The position numbers were made by a program, and so were the translations under genes. The notes beneath the pieces were generated by a model, which was given only the letters and a program-made list of their open reading frames with translations, was not told where the DNA came from and made no database searches. Shown in pieces: positions 38,520 through 51,936 of a DNA stretch of 64,000 nt (position 1 is the first letter of the stretch; every line of letters begins with the position of its first letter). Source of the DNA: Raja brachyura (Eukaryota). The stretch covers positions 19,468,001 to 19,532,000 of the forward strand of contig OY740806.1 of NCBI GenBank assembly GCA_963514005.1. Direction: 5' to 3'.

Positions 38520-38835
38520 GGTGGCGCAGCGGGCAGCATGATGGCGCAGTGGTAGAGTTGCTGCCTTACGACGCCAGGGACCCAGGTTCAATCCCGACTA
38601 CATGTGCAGTCTGTATGGAGTTTGTCCGTTCTCCCAGTGATTGCATGTTGTTTTCTCCGAGATCTTCCGATTCCACCCACAAGTACGTACAGGTTTATAG
38701 TTTGTAGGTTAATTGGCTTGAGTTTGTATAATTGGTATAAGTGTAAATTGTCCCCAGTGTGTTTTGTGTTAACCTGCGGGAATCGCTGGTCAGTGCAGAC
38801 TTGGTGTGCTGATCAGCTCTAAAACTAATAAAACC
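38520..38835 (+). mobile_element. HE1/V-SINE-like SINE, near full length
   Basis: A-box-like tggcgcagtggtag, B-box ggttcaatccc, V-domain-like gtctgtatggagtttgtccgttctccc, taaaac tail. Confidence 0.88.
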
Positions 38836-38864
38836 TAGAGACAGGGGTGGTATTGCAGCAAGTG

Positions 38865-39335
38865 CAGGAAGAACTGGGTTACGGAAAATCCGACTTTAGG
38901 CAAAACCTCGGATATAGTACTTAAATTCTCTTTACCAGAACACAGAATGCAGAGATGACCCACTGCAAAAGCTAGTGCCCCCTCCAAACACTCCTTCAGG
39001 TACAAAACAAATATTGCGAACCCCAAGCCATCTCTTTTGAATACAAACTTTATTAACCCGCCGATAGTTTTTTTGTTGATTAGCGGATCAGCCGCTCCCT
39101 CCATCACAACCCAGGCTGCATCCAGACAAACATTTGCCGCTGTTCTCTGGCTGGTAGCAACTCCCACCACCTGTACTGATCTATCACTTGCCCCATCTTT
39201 GCTTTGCATATCAATACCAAAGGCTAAAGATTTCATATTGCGATTTTGGGGGAAGTTGTTTGTTTTTGTCATAGAAAATTCAGTTTATGGACAGTTCTCG
39301 GGAACGAAACCCTCACGTATCCCAAGGACCCTCTG
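38865..39335. mobile_element. Possible decayed Tc1/pogo (Tigger-like) MITE
   Basis: Left cagg...gggttacg, right cgtatcccaaggaccctctg|TA; the TIRs are imperfect. Confidence 0.35.
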
Positions 39336-41796
39336 TATTTGAAGAATACAACTAGTTACAGTTGGGAAAAGTGCCTGACCTGCACACATTTCCCCTTCTG
39401 TGACCAGTACTCCCTTTAGCCCCCTCTGAAAATATCTGCTTTGCAATTCTGACGGAGGTGAAAATTATATTAGGGTGTTAACCAAATCAACTGAAACTTA
39501 TTTTGCATTCATTCCTGTTTCCATATACCAATTTGAATAGTGAGCTGGGAATGGAACAATAGATGATCCAGATGGGTCAATTTCCCATGAGATGTTGTTC
39601 CTCTGTGCCTCAGTTGTTAAGTATAAATAAGGAGGTAGCTAGATGAAAATTAAACTAAATATTTTTCTGCTTGCCTAAAATTTGGATCGAGTGTCATTGA
39701 AACTGATATAAATGTAATGTCAGTCAGTGAAAATATAAAAGCCAAGAAGTATGCTTTTTTTTTTAGATACTTATATTGTTTTATTTGTGCGTTTATCTGA
39801 AGCTCTTCCAGTAATTTGTTTGAGGATGATATCGAGTTGCTAAAAAGTGGAAGCCCCACTTATGATGATCTATCATTCTTGATGCGTTTTGGCATGTTTA
39901 CAATGCTTCTATTCACTTTTAGGCATTAAGCCTATACCACCCACTGCATTCATGCCTTCACATTTAAATTGCATATCAGAAGACTTCAGCGGTAAATTTT
40001 GCTTCTGAAATAAGTTTAAAATCCACAAAACTCACAATTCTGCTATACTAGCAACTGGAATATAGAAAACAAAGGCACCCATACCCTTGATGACTCATTA
40101 TATGTTATGAATTTGGTTTTGTTTGTAACTAAGAGTTTGTTTAAGCAGAATGAACGACTTTTCACATAAAACACCAAGAGTATTGAGTTTGGTGCTAAAC
40201 AGGTTTGAAAGTATCAACTCAAATTCCTATAAATTTGGTGTTGTAAAGCAAAATATAATTGGTAACTGATACTATTACACCTGTTTATCACTCGTGCCTG
40301 TAGATTAAATTTCTCTCTGCCTTTACCCCATCACTGAATGCTTGGTGTCGCTGAAAGTGGCAGCTGACATACATACTGGAAATGGGACAAGATAAAATAC
40401 ACTGTCATGGCATTATTATTCAACTCAGACCATGACTAACTGTTATTGAAGGTCAAATCAATCATGGCAGCAGGGGTAGATTTGAATTTTCTTTGCAATC
40501 TCAGCTGACACCAGTCCAGGGTCAATAGGGACCATCCATCTACCATCATGTAATCTCCTGACCTGCCTCCCCCTTACAAGTTGAACAACACGCCTCATCA
40601 GCTACTACTGTTCATCTTGCAAGCAAGGTACATTAACAGACTGCAAAGACCCCTTTGATCACTTAGAATCTAAAGCAATAAGATTTACCTTCGAGTGCAG
40701 AATTACTATCCACATTCCAGTACTTGCCTCTGTACACATCTCAATGGCTGTATGTCTGCACCTCCATCTACACTGTACATAGGATAGTGGCTACCCAAGC
40801 AGGGTAGATCACTTGTAGTGTATACTATGTATTTTTTGAGTTCCCAAGGAGAGTGAAAGCAGCAGCATATCACAACTGATTAATCATCGAAACACAAAGT
40901 TAACACTTTTTAATTGCATGCTAATTATAATATAGATATTTTTAAAGATTATATATGGTGATATGTGTTAGCTTGCTCAAAGACTGATAATTTAAAATGT
41001 AACTTGTTCAACCTGAAGAAAAAGTCATACAAGCTTTAAATGAAAAATGGTTTCAGTGCACATTTTATTACAGCTAACATGAGATATAACCACAAAAGAA
41101 CAATGTTCAGTTACTTAAGATGAGGGGTTCTTTTGTTACAATGTTTTTTGATATGGTTAACTGCAACAGCTAGGTTCAGAAGGGAATCATGGTAATATTC
41201 TTAACTGCAAAGGTTTATAGTTGGATTATTGCAGTATGTTGCTAATAGTATCTGAAGTTCTATCTACAATAATGTCAGCTGCATCTACTTGGTTTACAGT
41301 TGTTTGCAGTGCAGTCTTCCCATTGCCAATGGATAGATCACCAAAATGTTAAATTTCATAATCAGAAAGCTAGGTTTTCAAACTGAAATTCACTATTATC
41401 ACTGGTAAATTAGCTCAAACCTGATGTGTTTTACGATACTGTCTTTGAACAAAATTCCATTGTGTCACAATATAATTGTCCAAATTTGCTATTGTGGTTA
41501 TATTTTATATATTATATTAATGTCATTGCAGTTCTGTATTGGGCACAAATTAATACAATGATCCTGTGTTATACAGTGGAATTTTTACTGAGATTTGAGA
41601 CAGTCTTCTTGTAATGTATCTAAAAAGTCTAATGTTTTCTGATTGCTGACGTATGCTATACAAAACCTCTCCTCTGTAAAATAATGCTTCATTGTTTCCC
41701 GTGTGACAGATGTACTGCTGTTAATACTACCATAGTCGTGTTAGTATATGTTTTAATGAGGATGCAGTGTAATTGCCATACAATAACCAACCTTCT

Positions 41797-42455
41797 AATA
41801 AATATGTCATTTTCTTTTTATCCTTTCCTTTATCTTAATTGTGGTTTTTTTTGTTGTAAAACTCAGGATGTTCATATAATACCAATCACTCTCATAGGGG
41901 AGCACCATTCTACAAAGGGAAGGGCTTGCTCTATGTAAAATTTAAAAAAAAATGTGACAAGGATTGCCCTTCACTGAGGTGCACCAGCTCCTGTGATGCT
42001 GCACGAGTTAATTTTTTTAATAATGCACTCAGTTTCGGGAATGTGACTGCGACAATTTTCAGTGGCTGCTTCTGTGCATCGTACCGCTTAGGCAACTCTG
42101 TGTTAAGTGGATCGTGATTGGTGGCTGTGTCGTTCTTTCTATGGAGAAGTAAAAACTGGGTGTGTTATGATAATTCTGTGCAACAGGTTTCGAAAAGGAT
42201 GTTGCATACTTTCACATATATCACTGTCTTTGACCTAGTGCAATCTTTTAAGACGATTTACTGCATCTCACTCATTGCTAAGGTTAGCTAAGGAAAATTC
42301 AACTTATCTATGTATCTTTCTTTCTCCCCCTTGTGACTGCTATATTATAGTTACTGCTAATGTATGAAATGAGATGTGTATAAATTTTGAAAAATGTACG
42401 AAATAAAATGGAAAATTTCTTCATGACATTTACAAAGTTTGGTGTGCGTATTTAT
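41797..42455 (+). terminator. Candidate distal polyadenylation signals (AATAAA 41797-41802 and 42402-42407)
   Basis: The second hexamer has three upstream TGTA motifs, CA dinucleotides about 15-20 nt downstream and a GT-rich element (tttggtgtgcgtattt). The first is followed by a T-rich tract. Confidence 0.45.
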
Positions 42456-43499
42456 TGGTGATGCCATGGTAAGTGGGTGACTCCTTCTGATTTGTTCTCA
42501 CTTCTAATCAGCTTTGCAGTGCAGTCAGTCCAGTTGCACAAATGTGCAATAACATTGTAAAACTAACTACGGCAAAATGTTAACAATAGGCTGAGTTCAC
42601 CTCCATTTCTGAGCCGCTGTACCTAAGCATTAAAGATCCTATATCCGCTCTAGGTTCTTTGCTAAGCATGGGGACGAGATTCTTTATACACTTTATTACT
42701 AGCCTGGAATCTTTGGTGCTTGGGGAAAAACTCACACTTTGTTTCTGGTCATTAATGTAACCCAGCACTGAAGTCACAAGAGATTATCAATCTCAATGAT
42801 ATACTTGCAATAACATTAAAGAGAAGGGTCCCAACCTGAAACATCATTTGTCCATTCCCTCCACAGATGCTGCCTGACCTGTTGAGTTACTCCAGCACTT
42901 TGTGTTTTACTGGTCAGTTTAATTGGTCCATGAATTCAATAATTCATGGAAATAACCAGCAGCTAGGATACTCGATAAAGTAAACCATTTTAATCCATTG
43001 TAATAATTTGCTGGCAATTTAAAATGATATCAATAAAAATATACACACTTTTAACAGATCTAACGTTCTGTGGGGGAGTTGGTTGCACAAGTTGAACTGA
43101 ACAATACCATGTAAATGTTTTGCTAAATCATAGATGCTGTTACAACAAGGGAAGGACTAGGAACTTTATTTTCGCCTTCCATCACAGTGAGGAATGTGTA
43201 GAAGTCACTGTGATGGATGTTTATGTTAAAATGTGTTTTTTTGAGTCTGTTGCTTTTTAAATTGTATGCCTGACCTGGCCAGTGAATTTCACTATACCAA
43301 TTGGTGTATGTGACAATAAATGAACTTATGAACTTATTATAAAAATTAGATTGAAATGTGTTCTTATTCTGGATTATTAGGAGTATTGAAAAATACTTTG
43401 ACTTAAGATGATGCTGACAATGTTTCCCTTGCTCCACACCTATCAGTGTCGTCTACCCACTACCCACTACCAGCAAGGATCCCACCCTCATCTACTACA

Positions 43500-43845
43500 C
43501 TCCATCCAGCACCCTGGCCATTCCCTCTTCCACCCTCTCCCATCAGGCAAAAGGTATAGAAGTGTGAAAAAGCACACCTCCAGATTTAGGGACAGTTTAT
43601 TCCCAGCTGTTATCAGTCAACGGAATCAGTGCTGAACTACTATCTTCCACATTGGTGACCCTCAGACTATCCTTGAAGGGACTTTGCTGGCTTTACCTTG
43701 CATTAAATATTATCCCCATATCATGTATCTATACACTGTGAATGGCTCTTTCGTAATCATGTATTGTCTTTCTGCTGATTGGACAGCACGCAACAAAAGC
43801 TTTTCACCATACCTCGATGCATGTGACAATAAACTAAACTGAACT
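43500..43845 (+). mobile_element. Rex1/Babar-like LINE 3' end
   Basis: HPGHSLFHPLPSGKRYRSVKKHTSRFRDSLFPAVI is a typical Rex1/Babar RT C-terminal motif. Ends gtgacaataaactaaactgaactg. Confidence 0.8.
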
Positions 43846-45154
43846 GATCTGCTGTCTGCCTGCAATGGTACCTTGAGCCTCATGCATGAGGTAAAAATAG
43901 TAGCATAGAGTTGACCCAAGCTCCTAACACAGCACCATTTCAATGTAGGCACAAATTGCTGGAACAACTCAGCGGGGCAGGCAGCATCTCTGGATAGAAG
44001 GAATGGGTGGCGTTTACGGTCAAGACCCTTCTTCAGACCCATTTTAATGTACCTTTTTATCCACTGGAGAATTTCTAGCCGTTTTAAACTGTTTGATTTT
44101 GAAATGTGGTAAGCAATGGGCTGCAATGTTTTTCCACAGTATAACAGGAATAGATTTGCATTGGCCAGACATATAGAAGCAGCAGGTTCTTTAGATTTAA
44201 AAACCTTGCAAGTTCATGATAATTTGATATCTTTCATTATCATTTTTCTTTCCCTGCCCAAACGTCATTAAATAAATTCTAATAAACAATTTATTTTTGA
44301 TTGGACTTCAATGCAGACTTGAGATTGTCACTCAGAGCTACGAGGCTACATTAACCAATATAGTTTTTGATACCATTGATGCAGACACGCTTTTGTTTAC
44401 TTACCCGAGTGACCCTTCTTCATTTGATAAGTAAAGTCAACAGGTTCCTGTTCATTTCTTGATACGTATGGACTTTCCATGACCAGCGTCTGTCTAGTTA
44501 TAACAACTATGAAGCAGAATAAAATGTTCAGAATTTGACACTTCATTGGCAATTACATGTAGTGTTTATTACCCATAAAGGGTAAGAGCAATTATAATGA
44601 ACCCAAGTTATGTTGTTCATGTCTATCTGACACTTGGCTGTGATCTCAGTCATAAAAAAGCAAACACGATAAGTATATTAATTGCCGGGGTAGGTCGAGC
44701 TTTGTAATATTGCCACTGAAAAGCTATAGGCCAAGCAATTGTTTAAATTACTTATAGCCAGTCAAATGTGAACGTCTCCTAAATCTGTTTTTAGATGCCT
44801 CAGTCACGGTTACAAAACAGTCTGGAATTATTTAATTGCACTATGCAATTTTGAATTTAGCTAAAAGCCAATGTTAGAACATGGAACATGAAACAGTACA
44901 GCATTAGAACAGGCCCTCGTAAACCTCCTCTGGACCCTGTCCAATGCCAGCACAGCCTTTCTCAGATATGGGTCCAAAACTGTTCACATTATTCCAAATG
45001 CAGTCTGACCAGTGCCATATAAAGCTACAGCATTGCATCCCTGATTTGTATTCTAGCCCTTATTAAATAAATGCCAGCCAGAATCACCATGCAGTCCTTC
45101 TTAACATTCCATGTAGATGATCTTTGAGTTCTGTCCCATACTGCCTTGAGAGAG

Positions 45155-45350
45155 GACACAAAGTGCTGGAGGCAACATCTCCGGAGAAAATGGATAAATG
45201 ACGTTTTGCGTTGGGACCCTTCTTCAGACGAACTTGACCCGAAATGTCACCTATCCTTGTTCTCCCGAGATGCTGCCTGAGCTGCTGAATTACTCCAGCA
45301 CTTCATGTTCTTTGGGTATTAACCAGCACCTGCAGTTCTTTGGTTCTACA
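45155..45350. mobile_element. Penelope pLTR-derived hairpin mini-element (other copies at about 15-215, 2375-2460, 17628-17720, 34970-35120, 35920-36050, 37330-37450, 42820-42910, 43945-44040, 56720-56820, 57105-57310, 62435-62572)
   Basis: Shared gacccgaaacgtcacc...gatgctgcctg...ctgagttactccagca motif, in one or both orientations. Confidence 0.75.
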
Positions 45351-47540
45351 TTATGCCCTGAGAGAGGTTGTGTAATGTAAATGTCGGTTACAAGTATCCA
45401 TCCTCTGTGTAACTGCCGGAAATTGTTTAAAGCAAATTAGGAGACTTTCCTGTCTAACTGGCTATATTTATATATATATAAACTTGGTATATTTAATATG
45501 AAGCATGTGAAGAATTAGTAGGATCTTTCTTTCCATACAAAATATAATGAAAAGGCAAATATTTTAGAATTAAGTTGAAACATTAAAGCGTTGAGGTCAT
45601 GTGCAATACATTTCCTGAATGGGGCGGTTGAAATAACATCCTCAAAAGAATATAATTGTCCAAGAAAACGATTCGATTCTTATGCAATAATATTATTCAT
45701 GATGCGATAGTATGCTTGAACATTTCAGGTGCAATCTCTTATTAAAATTATTTGCAAAGCTTTTGAAATATTTTCAAATGTGCCGTTATATTTCCATGTT
45801 AGCACTTCCATGGCTTCTGTATAAGTTTATTAAGTCATTTACCACCAGCGATAGAGTAAATAGTACAGTGGTATTAGTCATTTAATAAAGGAAATTAAGG
45901 ACCTCTTTCATAAATGGTATATAGGTGGAAAGAAGGCCAATAACAAACGCTGAGAAAATGCACGATGTGAGACTGAACCCAGAGTCAACATTATTGTAAA
46001 GCCCAACTCCCATTATTGCTGAAGCCACTATGCAATTAAATAATGTGTTTGGAAAGTACCTGAAGTAAATTAAAAAGGAATATGATGAACATCCCATAGT
46101 GGGATCTGTCAGCATTAGATTTGAACAGAACAAATATTCACTTCAACCAAACCGTGAGCTGAATTTTCAGCGATGGCTATAGACCAACCAAATGTTTTAA
46201 GGCAAAATGTTATTCCAATTCCTCAACACATGGCAACAAACATTTCCATGACACTATTGAATAACATCTGCCATAGAACACAAATCAGGCAACCAGGATG
46301 AATTTAACTTTTCATACAGTTTCATTCTTTTAACTCACAGTGATCAATCTGCTTTGCTTAGGACTAAACCTGCCTCAGTTACCGGTTGAGGAATTGTTGG
46401 AGTCAGATTTGTGAATCTCTTGATAGTGAGTCTGCTTTGGTATGCTGTTGCTTTTACTCATATTTATTTTTGATTTTATTTTCCCTAAAAGAGCTACACA
46501 TTGATAATTGGAAGGGTCGAAGATTCCCAAGATAATTACAAGGATGTTGGTAGGTCAGATTAGCATAGATGGGGCATCTTGGTTGGCATGGGTAAGTTGG
46601 GCCGAAGGGCCTTTGCCCGTGGTTTATGACTACCACTGAGGAAGTCGTACGGATCACATGGTTGGAGCTGTGAGCTTATTAGTTTCTGAGTCCTCATGGA
46701 GTTTAGATGAACTTTAGATGTTCTTAAAAGAATTGGCCAGAGCAATAGTTGATGTGTTGACATTAGTCTTCTAAAATTGCATATATCCGAGTGTTTCTGT
46801 TTGATTTCAAAATAGCAAATATAACTCCGTCACTCACAAATCAAGGAAGGCAGAAAAGAGGACGCTACAGGCCTTTTAGCTTAACAACTGTCACCGGGAA
46901 AAGGTTAGAAGCAATTATTATTGTTGTTTTAGAAGAGCATTCAGAAAAAATCAAGGCAAAAGGATAAAGTCAACATGGATTTGCGAAGGGTAATCATATT
47001 GGCCACAATACTGGATTTCTTTGAAGAAGTAACTTGAGCTGTGCGTGAAATGAATGTGTTGTTGGTAACCAATCCATTTCTGAAACATGACAGACATGTT
47101 GTTTTGATCAAGGTAAGTTAATTTATTGGCAGTTAAGTTTCTTTATAATTATTGTCCTTGCTGCATTTAATGATATTCTTATCCAGTATGCATTCACCCT
47201 GGTTTATATGTGCCTTAGAATTGTTGCCCTTTAATAAATTGAAACCTACAATTAGTCTGTAAAGTTACTATAACTCTTGTCTAGAAACTTAATTCTTCTG
47301 CATTTCCACTTTATTTAATTGAACATTGTTCCTAATCCACACAGTACATAAAATATCGAGTTTCGGTATCGTCCATTAAAATGAGTGGATGGAAACCTAA
47401 TTAGTTTCCAGAGCTTTAAAATAGATATTTCTGGGAGTAGATTTATGGATAAGAATTATGTTGGGAATTAGTTTATAGATAAGGATGATGTTATGATGTC
47501 TTAAGTGAATTTGGCTTGCTTTATAATTAATCAAAAGCCA

Positions 47541-47830
47541 CTGGGCGGCACAGTGGTAGAGTCGCTCTCTTGCCACGCCAAAGATCTGGGTTTGATTCTG
47601 ACTATGGGTAGTGTCCATACAGAGTTTTAACATTCTCCTTTTGACCACGTTGGTTTTCTCCAGGTACTCCAGTTTCTTCCTACACCCCAAAGAAATGCAG
47701 GTTTGTAGGTTAATTGGCTTTGGTAAAATTGTTAATTGCCGCTAGTGTGTAGGATAGTGCTAGTGTATGATGATCACTGGTCGACACGGATGCAGTGGGC
47801 CACAGGGCCTGTATCTCGAAAGTCTAGTCA
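47541..47830 (+). mobile_element. HE1/V-SINE-like SINE
   Basis: ggcacagtggtagag...gggtttgattct...gggccacagggcctgtatctc. Confidence 0.8.
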
Positions 47831-48489
47831 AAGTCTTTGTGCTGTTTCAACCAGTGATCGCCTCCACCATTGAGACACCTCCCTCTTACTGACTTCAGAG
47901 TGTTTTATCCTCTTTGACATCAAGCAGCCTGATCATCTGGAAAAGCATCTCTAATGCCCACCTCCCAACCAACCAACAAGATCTCCACACTGTACAACTT
48001 TGAACAATTCCCAATTCAGTCAAGATTGATCACTTTATTGTCAGCTTCCAGAAGTACACTGAAGGCAATTATTTCTACATCTCCTGAAGGAACCATAACT
48101 TGCACAGCTTAGTCGTGGGTAAGCTAAAATTATTGTGCCTTGGCAAAATCAAAGCCACTCTGCTCATAAATATCTTGTCTCCGTTCATCTTCATGTGCCA
48201 CCATCTTTGTCCAGCAAAGCTTTTCCCCCCGAGTGTCCTCAAAGACTTCCCCATCTTCAGACAAGAATTGGAATTCAGTCAAAAATGAAACCATATTTCT
48301 TGGATATTCTATTTAATATTTCAGTAAGCAATTGTTGTACATTGGGCTATGCTAATTCAGCGCAACAGGGAACAACATCATGAGCTTCACCTGGAACAGG
48401 ATGAATTTGTTACCAGAAAATGGCAAGCTTCTTGTACAAGTATAAGATGCATACCTTGACATGGACCAGATGAACACAGAAAAACAGGA

Positions 48490-48770
48490 TGGCTCAGTAG
48501 CACAGCTGGTAGAGCTGCTGCCTCGCTTTGTCAGAAACCTAGGTTTGATCCTGACTTACTATGCAGTCTGTGTGGAGTTTGCACATTCTCCCTGTGTCCA
48601 TCTTGGTTTCCTCTGGGTCCTCTAGCTTCCTCCTGCATCCTAAAGACGTGCAGGTTTGTAGATTAACTGTAAATTGCCCCTAGTGTGTAAGGAGTGAATG
48701 AGAACGTGGGATAACATAGAAGTGGTGTGAATAGGTCGGCCTGTTTCCATGCTATATCTCTGAACTAAAA
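48490..48770 (+). mobile_element. HE1/V-SINE-like SINE
   Basis: gcacagctggtagagctgctgcctc...gtctgtgtggagtttgcacattctccctgtg...cctgtttccatgctatatctc. Confidence 0.85.
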
Positions 48771-49719
48771 CAATGTCATTAAATTAAATTAAATGCTATT
48801 CATAATAAAAGATCAAAAGCTGTGAGTTCATGCTTTGCATTTTCGAAGTTCTTCACAGGGTAGTCTACCCCCGCTGTTGGGGTTGTGGGGGAGGTTTGGA
48901 AATTGAAGAGGAACAGTTTTGACCTGCATATGTAAACATTCATGTTACCAGAATATTGCCACCAGATTTACCACATTTGTTTTACTCTCTAGCTAGGGTA
49001 ATAATGGTTTAAAAATTGTCTACTCATTCTAAGTTATTCCACAGCTTTTGTGGTACAACTCTGGTTTAAAGAACATCTATTTCAGCTGTACCGGTGAATT
49101 TTTAGTTTATAAGCTGTAAAGAAGAAATTGCTGGTGACCTAACCAATTAGCATTAATCAAAGGATTCTCACCTGTTAAGAATAATTAATGACTGTGAGAA
49201 AAAAGTAAGTTGTTTTTTTATTTCTGTTTTCCACCATTTGAGATCACTAATCTTGAAATTTTTCACCCCAGTTGCGATCTCGGGTATTTGTCATCCCATG
49301 AGAAAGATTCTGATGGTTATTCAATAAATCACCGTAGAATCATACAGCTTAATTGCAAATGGGGTCAGAGGATTGCGGAATATGCTGTCAATCTGCAATG
49401 CAGGCTGCAGCCTGCACTGAAACTTTGAAGGCCTCATGTAGGTAGGGATCAGTGCTACTGGAAGCGTAGGTGGCATGGGAGGCAATCAGGTCAAAGCAGC
49501 CAAGGTTTCAAATCATTTATCTATCACAGTGCTTGAGGTGGTTGCAGTCGGTGACAAAAATTGCCCTAGTTCTTCACTGATTATCAGAATAAGTATTCAT
49601 TTATGCACATACGATGTGGCAGGATCTTTTGCGCAAAAAAAAAGACCTTGTGTGTGGAGGGTGAGTGGGTGGTTAAGGATGCGGAAGGGGGGTAAAGGGG
49701 AGGCCAGATGGTGAACGGG

Positions 49720-50015
49720 TGGCACGGTGACACAGCGAATAGACCTGCTACCTTACAGCGCCAGAGACCAGGGTTCGATCCTGACCACGGGTGCATTTTT
49801 GTACCGAGTTTGTACATTCTCCCAGTGACCTGCGTGGGTTTTCTGTGGATTCTCCAGTTTCCTCCCACACTCCAAAGATGTACAGGGTTTGTAGGCTAAT
49901 TGGTTTGGTATAAATGTTAATTGTCCCTAGTTGTGTAGGATAGTGTATATGTATGGGGATCACGTGGAGTCGGTGGGCCGAAGGGCCTGTTTCCACGCTG
50001 TATCTAAACTAAACC
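49720..50015 (+). mobile_element. HE1/V-SINE-like SINE, full length
   Basis: B-box ggttcgatcc, central V-like domain, CR1-type 3' end ggtgggccgaagggcctgtttccacgctgtatc, and aaact tail. Confidence 0.9.
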
Positions 50016-50657
50016 AAATTTGAGCACAATCTCACCTACACCTGCACTTTGACGAAAATGGCAACTGGCTATGCTGCACCCTTAACATCACTGGCGTCAG
50101 AGTTGACAACACTAAATATTTTTGGCTTTGAGATACATTTGAAAAACACACCTTTGAAAAAATATTTGAATCATTTGAAAATGTATGAGGAAAATTAAGA
50201 AAAAACCACAACGAATACTATTCCATGACATTGGAAAATGTTAAAATACCTCATAAAATTGAGCAGAATCGGCAAATAATTCTGTCAGATTCCTCACAGG
50301 GAAACAAATAAGAATCCCTTTGCATTGGGTCCAATGTGGTGCAGATTTTTTGCATTGATAGCTGGATTCTCAGCCAAACATCAATATGATAGATTGAGGA
50401 AAGTCATAGGCTACTGAATATGAGAGTGGTTGGTCTCTGAAATGCACTCCAAGGGGAGAAATACAAGAGCAATATTTATCATATCATTAGATTATATGAT
50501 AGGAGCAGAAATAGGCCATTCGGCCCATCAGGTCTACTCCACCATTCAATCAAGGGATACAACCATCTGATAGAAGATGCAATTAGTTTAATTTGCCTTC
50601 ATGAGCAGTGAGGATCTTTGGGGCTGAAGGGCCTGTTCCTGCACTTATTTTCTATGT

Positions 50658-50854
50658 AGAAGCAAAGAGCTGCAGATGCTGGTTCATACCAAAGATAGAC
50701 GCAAAGTGCTGGACTAACCCAACAGAAACAGATTGGGTGACATTTCGGGTCGGACCCTTTCTCTGAGTCTGAAGAAAGGTCTTGACCTGAAATGTCACCG
50801 TCCTTTTATACTGCCTCATCTGCTGCGTTACTCCAGCACGTTGTGTCAATCCAC
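50658..50854. mobile_element. Penelope pLTR-derived hairpin mini-element
   Basis: Inverted pLTR halves flanked by a duplicated ttttctatgt (50648-50657 and 50855-50864). Confidence 0.75.
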
Positions 50855-50908
50855 TTTTCTATGTGTTAGGTTCCCTCCACAGTCTGTCTCAATATCTTCA
50901 GAGACATT

Positions 50909-51936
50909 AAACAGACTATTGACCAACATACATACAAACCTACTGACTCCCATGGCTATCTTCACTACTCTTCTTCCCACCCTGCTTCCTGTGAAGACTC
51001 CATCCCCTGTTCCCAATTCCTCCGTCTACGCTGCATCTGCGCCCAGCATGAGGTGTTCTATACCAGGGCATCGGAGATGTCCTCATTCATTTGGAAATGG
51101 GGGTTCCCCTCTTCCATTATAGATGAGGCTCTCACGAGGGTCACATTGATATCCCGCAGGTTGGCTCTTGCCCAGACTCCCCACATTCGTAACAAGGACA
51201 GAGTCCCCCATATCCTCACCTTTCACCCCGTCAGCAGTCGCATACAGCTTATAATTCTCCAACACATTCGCCACCTCCAACCGGATCCCACTACTGGCCA
51301 CATCTTCCCATCTCCACCCCTTTCTGCTTTCCGCAGAGACCGTTCCCTCCGAAACTCCCTGGTCAACTAGTCCCTTCCCACCCAAACCACCCCCTCCCCA
51401 GGTACTTTCCCCTGCAAACCTCAGGAGATGCAACACATGCCCCTTTACCTCCCACCTCGACTCCATCCAAGAACCCAAACAGTCTTTCCAGGGGAGGCAG
51501 AGGTTCACTTTGCGCAGGCTCAGCGATCGTTTCGCTGAACACCTCCGCTCAGTCCGCCTTCACCTACCTGATCTTCCGGTGGCTCAGCACTTCAGCTCCC
51601 CCTCCCATTTCCTATTGGACCTTTCTGTCCTGGGCCTCCTCCATTATCAGAGTGAGGCCCAGCACCTATTGGAGGAACAGCAACTCATATTCCGCTTGGG
51701 TAGATTATATCCCAGCAGTATAAACATGGACTTCTCTAATTCAGATAGCCCTTTCTCTCACCATCCCCTCCTCTTCCAAGTTCCAACACTTCTTACTGTC
51801 TCCAACTACATTCTATCTTTGTACAGCCCCCTCCCCTGACAACAACCTGAGGAAGGGCTTTGACCCGAAACGTCACCCATTCCTTCTCTCCAGAGGCGCT
51901 GCCTGACCCGCTGAGTTACTCCAGTATTTCGTGTCA
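50909..51936 (+). mobile_element. Penelope-like retroelement, 5'-truncated: RT thumb remnant, GIY-YIG endonuclease C-terminal part, 3' pseudo-LTR
   Basis: KPTDSHGYL..SSSHP..C..SIP.SQFLRLR.IC; GFPSSIIDEAL; RRLSDRFAEHLRSV...PVAQHFSSPSH...LEEQQLIFRLG. TSD atcttcagag(a/g)catt at 50894-50908 and 51937-51951. Confidence 0.9.

Noticed and set aside
38520-38600. tRNA gene
   Set aside because: The A/B boxes belong to a SINE head that continues into the SINE body, and there is no complete cloverleaf. The same applies to the other copies.
38835-39272. 145-aa minus-strand ORF
   Set aside because: No recognisable domain and no splice context. It lies within a probable decayed DNA-transposon remnant.
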